A stretch of 64,000 nucleotides of DNA from Coraliomargarita sp. (GTDB lineage Bacteria; Verrucomicrobiota; Verrucomicrobiia; Opitutales; Coraliomargaritaceae). The stretch spans positions 544,001 to 608,000 of the forward strand of contig OZ244160.1 of assembly GCA_965216325.1 (NCBI GenBank), given 5' to 3'. Each line of letters opens with the position of its first letter. Positions within the stretch are counted from its first letter, which is position 1. Under the pieces are notes generated by a model. The model saw only the letters and a list, made by a program, of their open reading frames with translations, was not told the origin of the DNA and searched no databases. A program made the position numbers and the translations under genes. Of this stretch, positions 20,255-29,956 are shown piece after piece.

Positions 20255-20920
20255 ATGGACGTCAGTGCTCAGCGGTATGGTGATGCAGGGCTACTGGTCT
20301 CTGCGCCGGAGTTTGAGGATTTGGCATTTCGACAGCGTCTGGGCCGAGCATTGTTAGAGCATCCGCCTGCGGGCTATTTGGAGCATGTTTTGGGGGCGGG
20401 AAATCTTCTCTTGCTCTTTCATGGGGCCATTTCGGAGCGATTGGCGCTGGATTGGTTTGCGGGTCTCGAGCCGTTCTCTGAGAGTGTAGGCGAGGTGCCG
20501 CGTTTGCATGAGGTGCCGGTTGTTTATGAGGGGCCTGATTTGGCAGAGGTCGCAGAGGCGACGGGGTTGACTATTGATGAGGTCATTCATTTGCACTCCG
20601 ATCCTGAGTATCAGGTTCGGATGATGGGCTTTAGTCCGGGCTTTCCCTATCTGGATGGGCTGAATCCACGCTTGCACCTGCCGCGGCGCGGATCGCCGCG
20701 CAAGCGCATTGAGCCGGGCACGGTAGCGATTGGTGGGCCGCATGCGGGCATTTACTCGATTGCGAGTCCGGGTGGATGGCATCTGTTGGGGCGCACTGAG
20801 TTGCGCTTGTTTAAGCCCGAGCATGCGGTCGGCTCTACGGTGGATGCGGCCCAGGTGTTTTGCTTCAGGCCGGGGGATCGCCTTCGCTTTGTGCCGGTAT
20901 CAAGGGGGACGAGTGGATGA
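20255..20920 (+). CDS. pxpB: 5-oxoprolinase subunit B (allophanate hydrolase subunit 1-like)
   Basis: YGDAGLLV, EVPVVY.GPDL, GFSPGFPYL, SPGGWHLLGRT. Confidence 0.88.
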   Translation: MDVSAQRYGDAGLLVSAPEFEDLAFRQRLGRALLEHPPAGYLEHVLGAGNLLLLFHGAISERLALDWFAGLEPFSESVGEVPRLHEVPVVYEGPDLAEVAEATGLTIDEVIHLHSDPEYQVRMMGFSPGFPYLDGLNPRLHLPRRGSPRKRIEPGTVAIGGPHAGIYSIASPGGWHLLGRTELRLFKPEHAVGSTVDAAQVFCFRPGDRLRFVPVSRGTSG

Positions 20921-21065
20921 CACGCCTCTCTGCAACCAGAATGGGAGGGCAATGCTTCGCCATTGCCACGATTCGTTTTACGGCAACGACGGAGCGCTGC
21001 CCTCCAATAGTTCCTGCCTGTGATCGTATGTGCTTCAAATTTTTGCTGCAGAGAGGAACCGTATC

Positions 21066-21929
21066 ATGAGTGCGCAGTTTGAGGTCCTTGCGACCGGCGT
21101 TGGGCTGTCGATTCAGGATGCTGGCCGTGTCGGTTGGCGTGGTTATGGTGTGCCGTCTGGTGGCGCGATGGATCGGGCAGCGGCGCGCATGGCGAATGAG
21201 CTGCTGGGCAATACGCCAACAGCACCCGTGTTGGAGCTTGCCTTACAAGGGGCTCGTTTGCGTGTGCTGGAAGATTGCTGGGTGGCACTCTGCGGGGCGG
21301 AGCTTGGGACAAGTTTGAAACCATGGTCGGCACAATTGCTTAAAGCCGGTGACGTTTTGGATTTTCGCGGTGGGACGAGTGGCCTTTGGGCCTACCTTGC
21401 AGTGCCGGGCGGGTTTGTGGCCGAGCGCTTCTTCGGTAGCGCTTCGGTTGATTTGCGCAATGGCCTCGGGCAGGCGCTTGTGCGGGGGAGCCTGCTACAT
21501 GCGGCAGAGCCAGCGCCACGTATTTCAGATGATGGCGTCGTGACGCGACAGTGGATTCCTGAGATGCAGCGGCACTATGCGACCAAGTTGACGGTCGACT
21601 TGCTGCCTGGCCCGCAGTTTGACTTATTTACTCACTCATCTCGTGAGCAGCTGGTCGCATCCGACTGGATCGTGAGTCCTGCAATTGACCGCACGGGATT
21701 TCGTTTGGAGGGGCCTGTCTTGGAAGTGCCTGAGTCCATCCCAAGTGAGCCGGTCATTCCGGGGAGCTTTCAGGTGCCGGGCAACGGACAGCCAATTATT
21801 ACGATGGCGGATGGTCCGACTGTGGGGGGCTATGCCAAGATTGCGGTATTGAAGGACGCGGATTTGGATTGGGTTGCGCAATGCCGACCGGGAACCAAGC
21901 TGAAGTTTCGATGGGCCGATTACTCTTAA
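21066..21929 (+). CDS. pxpC: 5-oxoprolinase subunit C
   Basis: SIQDAGR.GW..YGVPSGGAMD, DRTGFRL, DGPTVGGYAKI. Confidence 0.9.
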   Translation: MSAQFEVLATGVGLSIQDAGRVGWRGYGVPSGGAMDRAAARMANELLGNTPTAPVLELALQGARLRVLEDCWVALCGAELGTSLKPWSAQLLKAGDVLDFRGGTSGLWAYLAVPGGFVAERFFGSASVDLRNGLGQALVRGSLLHAAEPAPRISDDGVVTRQWIPEMQRHYATKLTVDLLPGPQFDLFTHSSREQLVASDWIVSPAIDRTGFRLEGPVLEVPESIPSEPVIPGSFQVPGNGQPIITMADGPTVGGYAKIAVLKDADLDWVAQCRPGTKLKFRWADYS

Positions 21930-22750
21930 ATTGCGATTTGGGTGAGAACGAGTCTGCAGAGCAGACGCGGGCGCTGATGCAGTGCGTGGATGCCGCGAAC
22001 ATTGGCTGTGGAGTGCATGCTGGATCCTTGCAGAAGACGCGCGACACCTTGCAGCTGGCGCAGGAGTTTGGTGTCAAGGTTGGCGCCCATCCTGGTCTGG
22101 CTGCTGCTGGCGGACGTGGGGCTGAGCTGCCGAGTCCAATGGAATTCAGAGAGTTGTTAAGTCTCCAGTTGGAGACTTTCTTTGAAGCCGCCGAATCGGT
22201 CGGCGCGGATGTGCACCATATCAAGCTGCACGGTAGTCTTTATTCGGCTGTCGAGCGGGATACCACATTGGCTGACGTTTACTTGGAGCAGTTACGCGAG
22301 TTCTCGGATCGAGCGGCAAGGCTCTCGGTTCATGTGAGTTGCAAACCCCTCCCATCTGACAAGCAGATGACCTCCCCTTTGCAGGGGAGGAGCTCAAAAA
22401 GCACCCCTCCTTGTCGAGGAGGGGTGACTGGTCCGGGTTGTCTTAAAGTCTTTGCGCTGTCCGGTGGGGCATTTTCGCACCGTGCGATCGATGCAGGGAT
22501 TGAAGTGATTCCGGAGTTATTTGCTGACCGTGGCTATCAGGCCAATGGCATGTTGGTGCCGCGTTCAGAACCGGGTGCCTTGATTCACTCGGTCGATGCA
22601 GCTGTTGGGCGGATTCGAGTTTGGCAGGAGAGTGGGGCAATGCCAACGGTCAGTGGTAGCGTGATACCGCTTGAGGGGAGCACCCTGTGTGTGCATTCGG
22701 ACTCGCCGCAGGCTCTGGAGCTGTTACGTGCGTTGCGAGCTGTTTGTTGA
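21911..22750 (+). CDS. pxpA: 5-oxoprolinase subunit A (LamB/YcsF family) with an internal repeat-derived insertion
   Basis: LNCDLGE, ANIGCGVHAG, GAHP, HIKLHGSLY, ELFADRGY, TLCVHSD. Confidence 0.88.
   Translation: MGRLLLNCDLGENESAEQTRALMQCVDAANIGCGVHAGSLQKTRDTLQLAQEFGVKVGAHPGLAAAGGRGAELPSPMEFRELLSLQLETFFEAAESVGADVHHIKLHGSLYSAVERDTTLADVYLEQLREFSDRAARLSVHVSCKPLPSDKQMTSPLQGRSSKSTPPCRGGVTGPGCLKVFALSGGAFSHRAIDAGIEVIPELFADRGYQANGMLVPRSEPGALIHSVDAAVGRIRVWQESGAMPTVSGSVIPLEGSTLCVHSDSPQALELLRALRAVC
22345..22426 (-). repeat. CCCCTCC/GGAGGGG multi-hairpin repeat inside pxpA; intergenic copies at 51769-51854 and 55849-55930
   Basis: Reverse complement CCCCTCCTCGACAAGGAGGGGTGCTTTTTGAGCTCCTCCCCTGCAAAGGGGAGGTCATCTGCTTGTCAGATGGGAGGG aligns closely with 55849-55930. 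Confidence 0.85.
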
Positions 22751-22914
22751 GGGGAGGGTTCGATATCCTGCCCGACCTGAGTTGGCCGAAGGTATCGAAC
22801 CGTACTGCTGTAGTGGCCGGCACGTTAAGGATAACGCGCCCTGCCAAACAAAAACGCCCCAAATAATTGGGGCGGCAAAGGTTCAGTATGCGCCGCGAGA
22901 CGCGGCTGCGCTAC

Positions 22915-23556
22915 CTATAGACTACGCACGACGGCTTTCGCGACGCCTTGAACAGTGAGTTCGGTGATCGGGAAGAGCTCCGGATAGAATTTGTTCTCTG
23001 CCTTGAGGTAGGGCGGTTCGCCGGGGTTTTTGATGTAGCGCTTGAGGGTGGTTTCCTGGTCGATCAGTGCGGCGACGATGTCTCCATTTTGCGGCTCGCG
23101 CGGCTCGATGATCACCATGTCGCCATCGTAGATCTCGGCGTCGACCATACTTTCGCCGCGCACTTGGAGGGCGAAGCTCCGGCGACGGCTACTAAAGCCT
23201 GCGCTACCGATGTCGACTTGCAGGCGGCCGATTTCTCCACCGGACTCGACACGGTCGGGATAGCCCGCTGCGATGGCACCCACGACGGGGATGTCGACCA
23301 CTTCGGTGGCGTCGGATGGCATGTCCGGCACTTCAGGATCGTCGGGACGGTTGATACGGAAGGTGCGGGCCTGACCGGGGATACGCTCCAGCACGCCCTT
23401 TTTCTCCAGAGCGCGGAGGTGGCCCATTACGGCGTTGGTGCTAGCGAAGTTGAACTTGTCTTGAATCTCACGAATGCTCGGCCAGAAGCCGTTGCGCCAC
23501 TCGTGGTGCTCGATGAACTCGAGAATTTCCTTTTGCCGGGCAGTCAGATCTTTCAT
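22915..23556 (-). CDS. lexA: SOS repressor LexA
   Basis: LTARQKEIL...PSIREI wHTH, AAG cleavage site, GESM Ser, TLKR Lys. Confidence 0.95.
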   Translation of the reverse strand: MKDLTARQKEILEFIEHHEWRNGFWPSIREIQDKFNFASTNAVMGHLRALEKKGVLERIPGQARTFRINRPDDPEVPDMPSDATEVVDIPVVGAIAAGYPDRVESGGEIGRLQVDIGSAGFSSRRRSFALQVRGESMVDAEIYDGDMVIIEPREPQNGDIVAALIDQETTLKRYIKNPGEPPYLKAENKFYPELFPITELTVQGVAKAVVRSL

Positions 23557-23566
23557 GGTGTCCAAG

Positions 23567-23580
23567 TGTTTAGGTGAACA
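23567..23580. promoter_or_regulatory. Putative LexA operator (Verrucomicrobia-type TGTTC-N4-GAACA, one mismatch)
   Basis: TGTTTAGGTGAACA lies 10 nt upstream of the lexA ATG. Confidence 0.7.
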
Positions 23581-23748
23581 AGTGTCCATTGTCAAGCGCA
23601 CGAGTGTGCGAGTGAATGGGAGAGTGAAAGTGCGGATGCTCTCAATCGTCATCTTACGCTGAATCCTTATTCATGGCTCAGGTGATTCAGATTAAGGGCA
23701 GCAAAAGAGTTGAACAAAATCGTCAGGCACCTTTCGTAGGGAGGTTTA

Positions 23749-25581
23749 ATGGCTACTGACACCTGTCCTCACATTCCACTCTACCTGCGACTGCTGGCGA
23801 CAGCATGCTGTTTGTTGATCGTCGGATGTGGCGAGCCTCCGAAGATCGTGCGCGAGGCGATTCCCTTACCGGAGGATGTGGCGATTACTTCGTCCGAGCC
23901 TGGCCAGTATGGTGGCATCTTAGTGCTCAATGAAACGACCCAGCCGACGACCTTTAATCCGCAGGTGCCCAACAACATGGTCACCAATTTGATCCTCTCG
24001 AGAGTCTTCGCAAGTTTGGTTGAGTTTGATCCACGCACCGGTGAATTTGTGCCGGGCTTGGCAACATCCTGGGAGGTGGGGCCCGATCAGAAAAGTTATA
24101 CCTTTTATCTGCGCAAGGGGGTGCGGTGGAGTGATGGCGAGCCCTTTACTGCCGATGATGTGATCTTCACCTTTGATTGTATCCTCGCGGAAGAGTTGGA
24201 TCCCAAGACGGGAAAGATGCGCCCCAAGTTCCCATCGCGTTATTATGAGCAGTATCACATCAATGGTGAGAAGCTACGCTATGAGAAGATCGATGCGCAT
24301 ACGGTGCGTTTCGAAACGAGCGCGGTCTATGCTCCCTTTATTTACGATATTGGTCAGCTCATCTTGCCAAAGCATAAGCTCGGGTTCGCATTGGAAGATG
24401 GGAGCTTTACCAAGCAGTGGTCGACACAGGTTGCGATCGAAACGCCAAGTGAAATTGTAGGCCTTGGGCCCTTTGTCGTTAGCTCCTATAAGCCAGGCGA
24501 ACGTTTAGTCATGACGCCAAATCCGCATTTCTGGAAAGCGGATCGTGAGGGCCAACGCTTGCCGTATCTGGATTATTTCGTGTTCAAGTTTGTCGCCGAG
24601 TCGAACACCGAAGTGGCTCATTTTGCGACTGGTAAGAGTGATGCCGCAGGGATTGGTGCTGCGGATTATGCCTGGGTGCAGCGGGCCGCGGAAACTTACG
24701 ACTTTACCATTTATGATCGTGGGCCCTCGGCGAGTGTGAACTTCTTTTGGTTCAATCAGCATCCGGGTAAAAATGATGCGGGCGAGCCGTATTTGGCACC
24801 GCACAAGTATCGTTGGTTCACCGATAAGAACTTTCGTCAAGCGGTGCAATATGGGCTGAATCGCCAGGGGATTATCGATGCCATTCTTTTTGGCAAAGGC
24901 GAGCCGCTTACGTCGATCATTCCACCCGCGCAGGGTAAATGGCACAACCCGGACTTGCCGCGCTACGACTACAACCCGCAGGCAGCGCGCGAGCTACTCA
25001 AGCAGTCTGGTTTCACCTGGAATCAGGCTGGGAAATTGATCGATTCTGAGGGAGTTCCCGTGGCCTTTGACTTACTGGCAGTCGACGGAGTGGCATCTGC
25101 AGACACGATTGCGGTGACTTTCATGGAAAATATGAAGGAGTTGGGCATGGAGGTTGGTTTATCCAAGGTCGACTTCGCCACGCTGTTACGGCGCACAGAT
25201 GACACCTTCGACTACGATATCACATTCTTGGGATGGGGTTCGAGCAGTGCGGCTTATGACCCGAGCGGGAGTAAGCCTTTGTATTTGAGTAGTGGCGTGT
25301 ATCACCAGTGGTATCCTGAGCAACCGGAGCCTGCGACTGAATGGGAGGCTCGGATCGATGAATTAATTGCTTTGCAAGAAATCACTTTGGACGCTGAGCA
25401 ACGCTATGCGTATATGCACGAGGTGCAGGCGATTCTCGCGGAGCAATTGCCACTGCTGTTTATCTTTTCACCGACCAGCTATGTGGGCGTGAAGAACAAA
25501 TGGCAGAATATCTATGTGCCAAGCTCGGGCACCTCACTCTGGAATATCGAGGAAATTTGGACCGACGAATCTGAGCACTAA
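23749..25581 (+). CDS. Peptide/nickel ABC transporter substrate-binding lipoprotein (family 5)
   Basis: Lipobox LIVGC; LATSW...YTFYLRKGVRWSDGEPFTADDV signature. Confidence 0.92.
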   Translation: MATDTCPHIPLYLRLLATACCLLIVGCGEPPKIVREAIPLPEDVAITSSEPGQYGGILVLNETTQPTTFNPQVPNNMVTNLILSRVFASLVEFDPRTGEFVPGLATSWEVGPDQKSYTFYLRKGVRWSDGEPFTADDVIFTFDCILAEELDPKTGKMRPKFPSRYYEQYHINGEKLRYEKIDAHTVRFETSAVYAPFIYDIGQLILPKHKLGFALEDGSFTKQWSTQVAIETPSEIVGLGPFVVSSYKPGERLVMTPNPHFWKADREGQRLPYLDYFVFKFVAESNTEVAHFATGKSDAAGIGAADYAWVQRAAETYDFTIYDRGPSASVNFFWFNQHPGKNDAGEPYLAPHKYRWFTDKNFRQAVQYGLNRQGIIDAILFGKGEPLTSIIPPAQGKWHNPDLPRYDYNPQAARELLKQSGFTWNQAGKLIDSEGVPVAFDLLAVDGVASADTIAVTFMENMKELGMEVGLSKVDFATLLRRTDDTFDYDITFLGWGSSSAAYDPSGSKPLYLSSGVYHQWYPEQPEPATEWEARIDELIALQEITLDAEQRYAYMHEVQAILAEQLPLLFIFSPTSYVGVKNKWQNIYVPSSGTSLWNIEEIWTDESEH

Positions 25582-25590
25582 ACCATCCCT

Positions 25591-27897
25591 ATGTTCGCTT
25601 TTATTTTCAGACGCCTGCTCTCACTGATCCCCCTGATGCTCGGGGTGAGTTTACTGGTGTCGGTGCTCATGTATTTGGCGCCCGGTGATTTTCTAACTCA
25701 AGCGCGTGCGGCGAAGGATATTCCTGAAGAGGTCATCAAACAACAGGAGCGTCAGCTCGGCTTGGTCGATGATGAAGGGAATCCGACCCGTTGGTATGTC
25801 CGTTACGGGCGATGGTTGGCTAATGTGTCACCTATAAAGTATGGCCCGTGGGTTGGTGACGACGAGCGAGGCCTGCATGTCGGCATGCCCTATTTTGGAG
25901 AGTCCTGGACCTATAAGGTGGAGGTGCTAACTTTGCTGAAGCAGCGGATGCCGGCGACGCTGGTATTGTCGCTCAGTTCCATTTGTTTTGCATGGTGCAT
26001 TGCAATTCCACTGGGAGTGCTGGCGGCGATTTATAAGGATTCGATTTTCGACCGTCTTGCCGGGCTGCTGGCTTATGCGGCGCTCTCGATTCCAGAATTC
26101 TTTCTCGCGATTTTAGCGGTCTATTTTGCCGCCGTGACGGGTCTCTTCCCGGAAGGCGGGCGCTCTTCTGTGGAGAGTGAATTCTATCCCTTTGCCTTTC
26201 AGTTGGCGGATTATGCCTACCACTTGATACTACCCACAATTGTTTTGGGGATTGGTAGTGTCGCGGGGATGATGCGTATCATGCGGGCGAACTTTATCGA
26301 CTATATGCAGGCGGAATTTGCTACGACTGCTCGAGCGAAAGGGGTGCGTGAGCGTGTGATCATGTTCAAGCATGTGTTGCGCAATGCGATTAACCCGCTG
26401 ATCACGTCCTTTGGTTATTCCTTTGCGAGTCTTCTTTCCGGAGCACTTTTGGTCGAGAATGTCATGAATTATCCGGGCCTCGGTCAGTTGATCTATGATG
26501 CGATCGTGCGTCAGGATCAATATGTGGTCATGGCGGGCGTTTTGATGGGGGTCGTGATGTTGGTCTTTGGTAATTTGCTGGCCGACATGTTACTCGGTTG
26601 GAGTGATCCGCGTATTCGAGTCGAATCTCAAGGCGCATCCAGCGCGACCAGTGGCCGCAATGTGACCTATGTGTGGGGCTGCATCGTAGGAATCATCTTC
26701 CTCGAGATTGCGCTGGAGGCTTTTGCGCCGGGAATTTTATCCGTGGTTGGGCTTGTGTTGAAATATCTGGGGATGCTGCTGGCTGCCTTGCTCGCTTGTA
26801 GCTGTGTGCTCTTGGTCGGATATATTCTGTTTAACTTGTTTAAGAATTTGATCGGGCAGGTACTGCGTCGTCCGATGGGGTTCGCGGCTGTATTCGTTTT
26901 GGTGATACTCTACAGTGGGGCGGTTTTTGCGCCGCTGCTGGCGCCTTATCCGATTTCGAAGCAAAACTTGAAGCAGCCCTATCATCCGCCGTCGGGGTTG
27001 ACTTGGAAAGACGGTGGCTTGCACGCTAAGCTTTACGAAAAGGCGGACGTGGGATCGGCGGAGTATGTGCACCGCGGCGATGTATCGGCTCCGATTCAGT
27101 TCTTCGCGAAAGGAGAGCCTTACGAGTTGCTCGGCTTCATTCCGATGGAGCGGAAGCTCTTCCAATTGGCGACCGACAATCCAGATGCGCGGATTTATCT
27201 GCTTGGTTCGGATGATACGGGGCGCGATATTTTCAGTCGCTTGCTACATGGTGCGCAGATCTCGCTGTCGATTGGTTTTATCGGTATCTCGATTACGCTG
27301 ATTCTTGGATTTGTGGTGGGCGCGCTAGCGGGCTATTACGGTGGCACCGTTGATTTTGTGGCGATGCGCTTAGTCGAGTTGTTGATGTCGATTCCCGGAC
27401 TTTATTTGTTGTTGGCATTACGCTCCGCACTAATCAGCCCGGACTTCTCATCGGCTCAGGTCTATGTGATCATTATTGTGATCTTGGCGCTGATTGGATG
27501 GGCGGGGACTGCGCGTATCATTCGCGGCATGACCTTGTCACTACGCAATCGTCCTTTTGTCTTAGCGGCGGAGAGCATGGGGCAGTCGGTGCCTAAGATT
27601 CTGATTAAGCACATTCTTCCGAATCTCGCGAGTTACCTGCTGGTGGCCGCGACCTTGTCGATTCCCGGCTACATTTTGGCTGAGGCAGCCTTGTCTTTCC
27701 TCGGGCTAGGTATTTCGGAGCCGTCGGCGTCATGGGGCCTGATGTTGAAACAGTCGCAGGGCAATATGATCGTCTTCTTTATGAACTTCTGGTGGATGTT
27801 GACGCCTGGCTTCGCGATCTTTGTGACAGTCATTGCCTACAATGTGCTCGGAGATGTGCTGCGTGATATCGTCGACCCGAAGATGCAAACGAGGTAA
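25591..27897 (+). CDS. Fused OppB-OppC (DppB-DppC) double permease
   Basis: OppB motifs (TARAKG...KHVLRNA, DPRIR) followed in one frame by OppC motifs (LGSDDTGRDIFSRL, HILPN, GDVLRDIVDP). Confidence 0.9.
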   Translation: MFAFIFRRLLSLIPLMLGVSLLVSVLMYLAPGDFLTQARAAKDIPEEVIKQQERQLGLVDDEGNPTRWYVRYGRWLANVSPIKYGPWVGDDERGLHVGMPYFGESWTYKVEVLTLLKQRMPATLVLSLSSICFAWCIAIPLGVLAAIYKDSIFDRLAGLLAYAALSIPEFFLAILAVYFAAVTGLFPEGGRSSVESEFYPFAFQLADYAYHLILPTIVLGIGSVAGMMRIMRANFIDYMQAEFATTARAKGVRERVIMFKHVLRNAINPLITSFGYSFASLLSGALLVENVMNYPGLGQLIYDAIVRQDQYVVMAGVLMGVVMLVFGNLLADMLLGWSDPRIRVESQGASSATSGRNVTYVWGCIVGIIFLEIALEAFAPGILSVVGLVLKYLGMLLAALLACSCVLLVGYILFNLFKNLIGQVLRRPMGFAAVFVLVILYSGAVFAPLLAPYPISKQNLKQPYHPPSGLTWKDGGLHAKLYEKADVGSAEYVHRGDVSAPIQFFAKGEPYELLGFIPMERKLFQLATDNPDARIYLLGSDDTGRDIFSRLLHGAQISLSIGFIGISITLILGFVVGALAGYYGGTVDFVAMRLVELLMSIPGLYLLLALRSALISPDFSSAQVYVIIIVILALIGWAGTARIIRGMTLSLRNRPFVLAAESMGQSVPKILIKHILPNLASYLLVAATLSIPGYILAEAALSFLGLGISEPSASWGLMLKQSQGNMIVFFMNFWWMLTPGFAIFVTVIAYNVLGDVLRDIVDPKMQTR

Positions 27898-28004
27898 TTT
27901 GAACCGTTAATTTACGTGAATGAACGTTAATCTTTTATTCGTCTGTATAGCACCTTATCTCTCGTATTCACGTTAATTAACGTCCATTAACGGCTAAGCA
28001 TTTT

Positions 28005-28847
28005 ATGTCTGATTTATTGCAGGTTAAAGATCTTCGAATTGCGTTTCACTCGCGTGGTGAGGCCAATGAGGTGGTGCATGGTATCGACTTCTCGGTGGAG
28101 TCGGGTGGCAAAACCGTCGCGATTCTCGGTGAGAGCGGCAGTGGTAAGTCGGTGACCTGCTTGTCGCTCACCAAGCTATTGCCGAAGCCGCCTGCGTGCA
28201 CGGTGACCGGTTCGATCGAATTCGAGGGGCGCGACATTCTTGCCATGACTGAGGATGCGGTGCGCAAAGTGCGTGGTGAGGGGATTGCGTATATTTTTCA
28301 GGAGCCCTCTGCGTCGTTGAATCCGGTCTTCACGGTGGGCCACCAAATCGCGGAAGCGGTGAAGCTGCATCGTCCGGACATTAGCGATGTGAAAGCGCGT
28401 GTGGTCGAGTTGCTCGATCTTGTGGGGATTCGTGATGCGGAAGCACGCTACAAGGCGTACCCGCATGAAATGAGTGGTGGCATGCAGCAACGTGTGATGA
28501 TTGCGATGGCGCTGGCGTGTGAGCCGAAACTCTTGGTGGCCGACGAACCGACCACGGCCTTGGATGTCACCATTCAGGCGCAGATTATGGATTTGCTTCG
28601 CGAGCTACGTCAGAAGCTCGGGATGAGCATTGTGCTGATTACGCACAACTTCGGTATTGTGAGGGGCTTTGCGGATGAGGTCATCGTGATGTTCCGTGGT
28701 GACATTGTCGAACAGGGACCAGTTGATGAGGTGCTGGAGAATCCGCAGCATCCGTATACCCAAGCGCTCATTGCGTGTATTCCCAAGCTCGGAGCCAAGC
28801 AACGCCGCCTGACGACGATTGATCAGGAAATGGCTGCAGTGGAGTGA
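28005..28847 (+). CDS. Peptide ABC transporter ATPase (OppD/DppD-like)
   Basis: GESGSGKS, YPHEMSGGMQQR, ADEPTTALD, HPYT. Confidence 0.93.
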   Translation: MSDLLQVKDLRIAFHSRGEANEVVHGIDFSVESGGKTVAILGESGSGKSVTCLSLTKLLPKPPACTVTGSIEFEGRDILAMTEDAVRKVRGEGIAYIFQEPSASLNPVFTVGHQIAEAVKLHRPDISDVKARVVELLDLVGIRDAEARYKAYPHEMSGGMQQRVMIAMALACEPKLLVADEPTTALDVTIQAQIMDLLRELRQKLGMSIVLITHNFGIVRGFADEVIVMFRGDIVEQGPVDEVLENPQHPYTQALIACIPKLGAKQRRLTTIDQEMAAVE

Positions 28848-29034
28848 TTCAGAGCTCAGAAAGCAGAGGCCAGAAACCAGTAGAAAAGAAGGCTGAGGTT
28901 CGTGAGTTATAGGGGCTTTGCTCGCCGTTTCGGCAAGTTCAAGGCCCCGATTTTATCGAGGGGCGAAGCCCGCACCTTAGCTGAGCAATCTTGTTCTGAC
29001 GGGTGTCGTAGCAAGGCCCATACGGATTGCATTT

Positions 29035-29223
29035 TTACCTAAACTGCTGCTGCTCGGGCAGGTAGTCGTAGCCGGCATTGGCTAGGCGCTCGACTAGAAT
29101 TGCCTGGTCCATGTCGTGAACCTTGCAGAGGTCTTCTAAATCATCGCAGTGGTTGCGAATCGCGGTGTTGACCACGCCGACGAGTAGGTGTGGGTCCATC
29201 GCTTGATAGTTACTCAAATCCAT
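29035..29223 (-). CDS. Small DUF4250-like protein
   Basis: MDPHLLVGVVNTAIRN..DDLEDLC...L..AGYDY....QQFR. Confidence 0.7.
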   Translation of the reverse strand: MDLSNYQAMDPHLLVGVVNTAIRNHCDDLEDLCKVHDMDQAILVERLANAGYDYLPEQQQFR

Positions 29224-29230
29224 GGCGCGC

Positions 29231-29713
29231 TTATGGGTTGGCCTGTTTATAGATGCCAACGAATTCAGCCATGATTTCGCGTAGCTCGGCTTTGATGATG
29301 TCGATTTCCTCCGAGCCGCTGCTGGCTTTGGAGCTGCGCGAGAGTTCGAAGGTCTTTGCAATGGTGCGCTGTGAGTTACGCTCAATGGTCGCGTAGTCGA
29401 GGACTTTGAGGCTGATTTTGATCTGATCGGGTCCGGTATTGCTGACGGTCGCGACGTCGATTTGAAGAAGCGGAATGTTCTGGCTGGGCTGGTTTAAGAC
29501 GTAGGGTTTTAGGGTGATCGCGCCGCGTCGTAGTTGTAGTTCAACAATGTCGTTGAGGTCCATGCGTTGGCTGGAAGAGATACCTTGAGCATACGATGAG
29601 TCGACTCTCCAATGTAGGCCATCCATGCCTCTGAGGTTGTCGACATTGTCTGTCTGAGCGGAGCAAATGTTGGCGGTGACTAGGAGTGTTAATGCAAGTG
29701 CTAAACGGAGCAT
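29231..29713 (-). CDS. Secreted hypothetical protein
   Basis: Signal peptide MLRLALALTLLVTANICSA; 160-aa ORF. Confidence 0.65.
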   Translation of the reverse strand: MLRLALALTLLVTANICSAQTDNVDNLRGMDGLHWRVDSSYAQGISSSQRMDLNDIVELQLRRGAITLKPYVLNQPSQNIPLLQIDVATVSNTGPDQIKISLKVLDYATIERNSQRTIAKTFELSRSSKASSGSEEIDIIKAELREIMAEFVGIYKQANP

Positions 29714-29956
29714 GATGTGTCAGTGGTTTGTGTGGGTTTCTGTTTAGGAACAAATGATTGTGCAGCCTAGAATCTCTGTCCCTGATCACAATGCAAAAAC
29801 GCTAGGGTATTCGGCGTGGGTGGGTCGGGTCAGGCACGTAGCTTTCGTGGCACCTTTGTGTGCCGCGCCTGTCCGGTAACTACAGCTTGAAATCCATCGC
29901 ATTTTTACGTCGCATAGTCGGGCAGCTTCGCTTGAGTTTGTGACAGTCCACTATCC

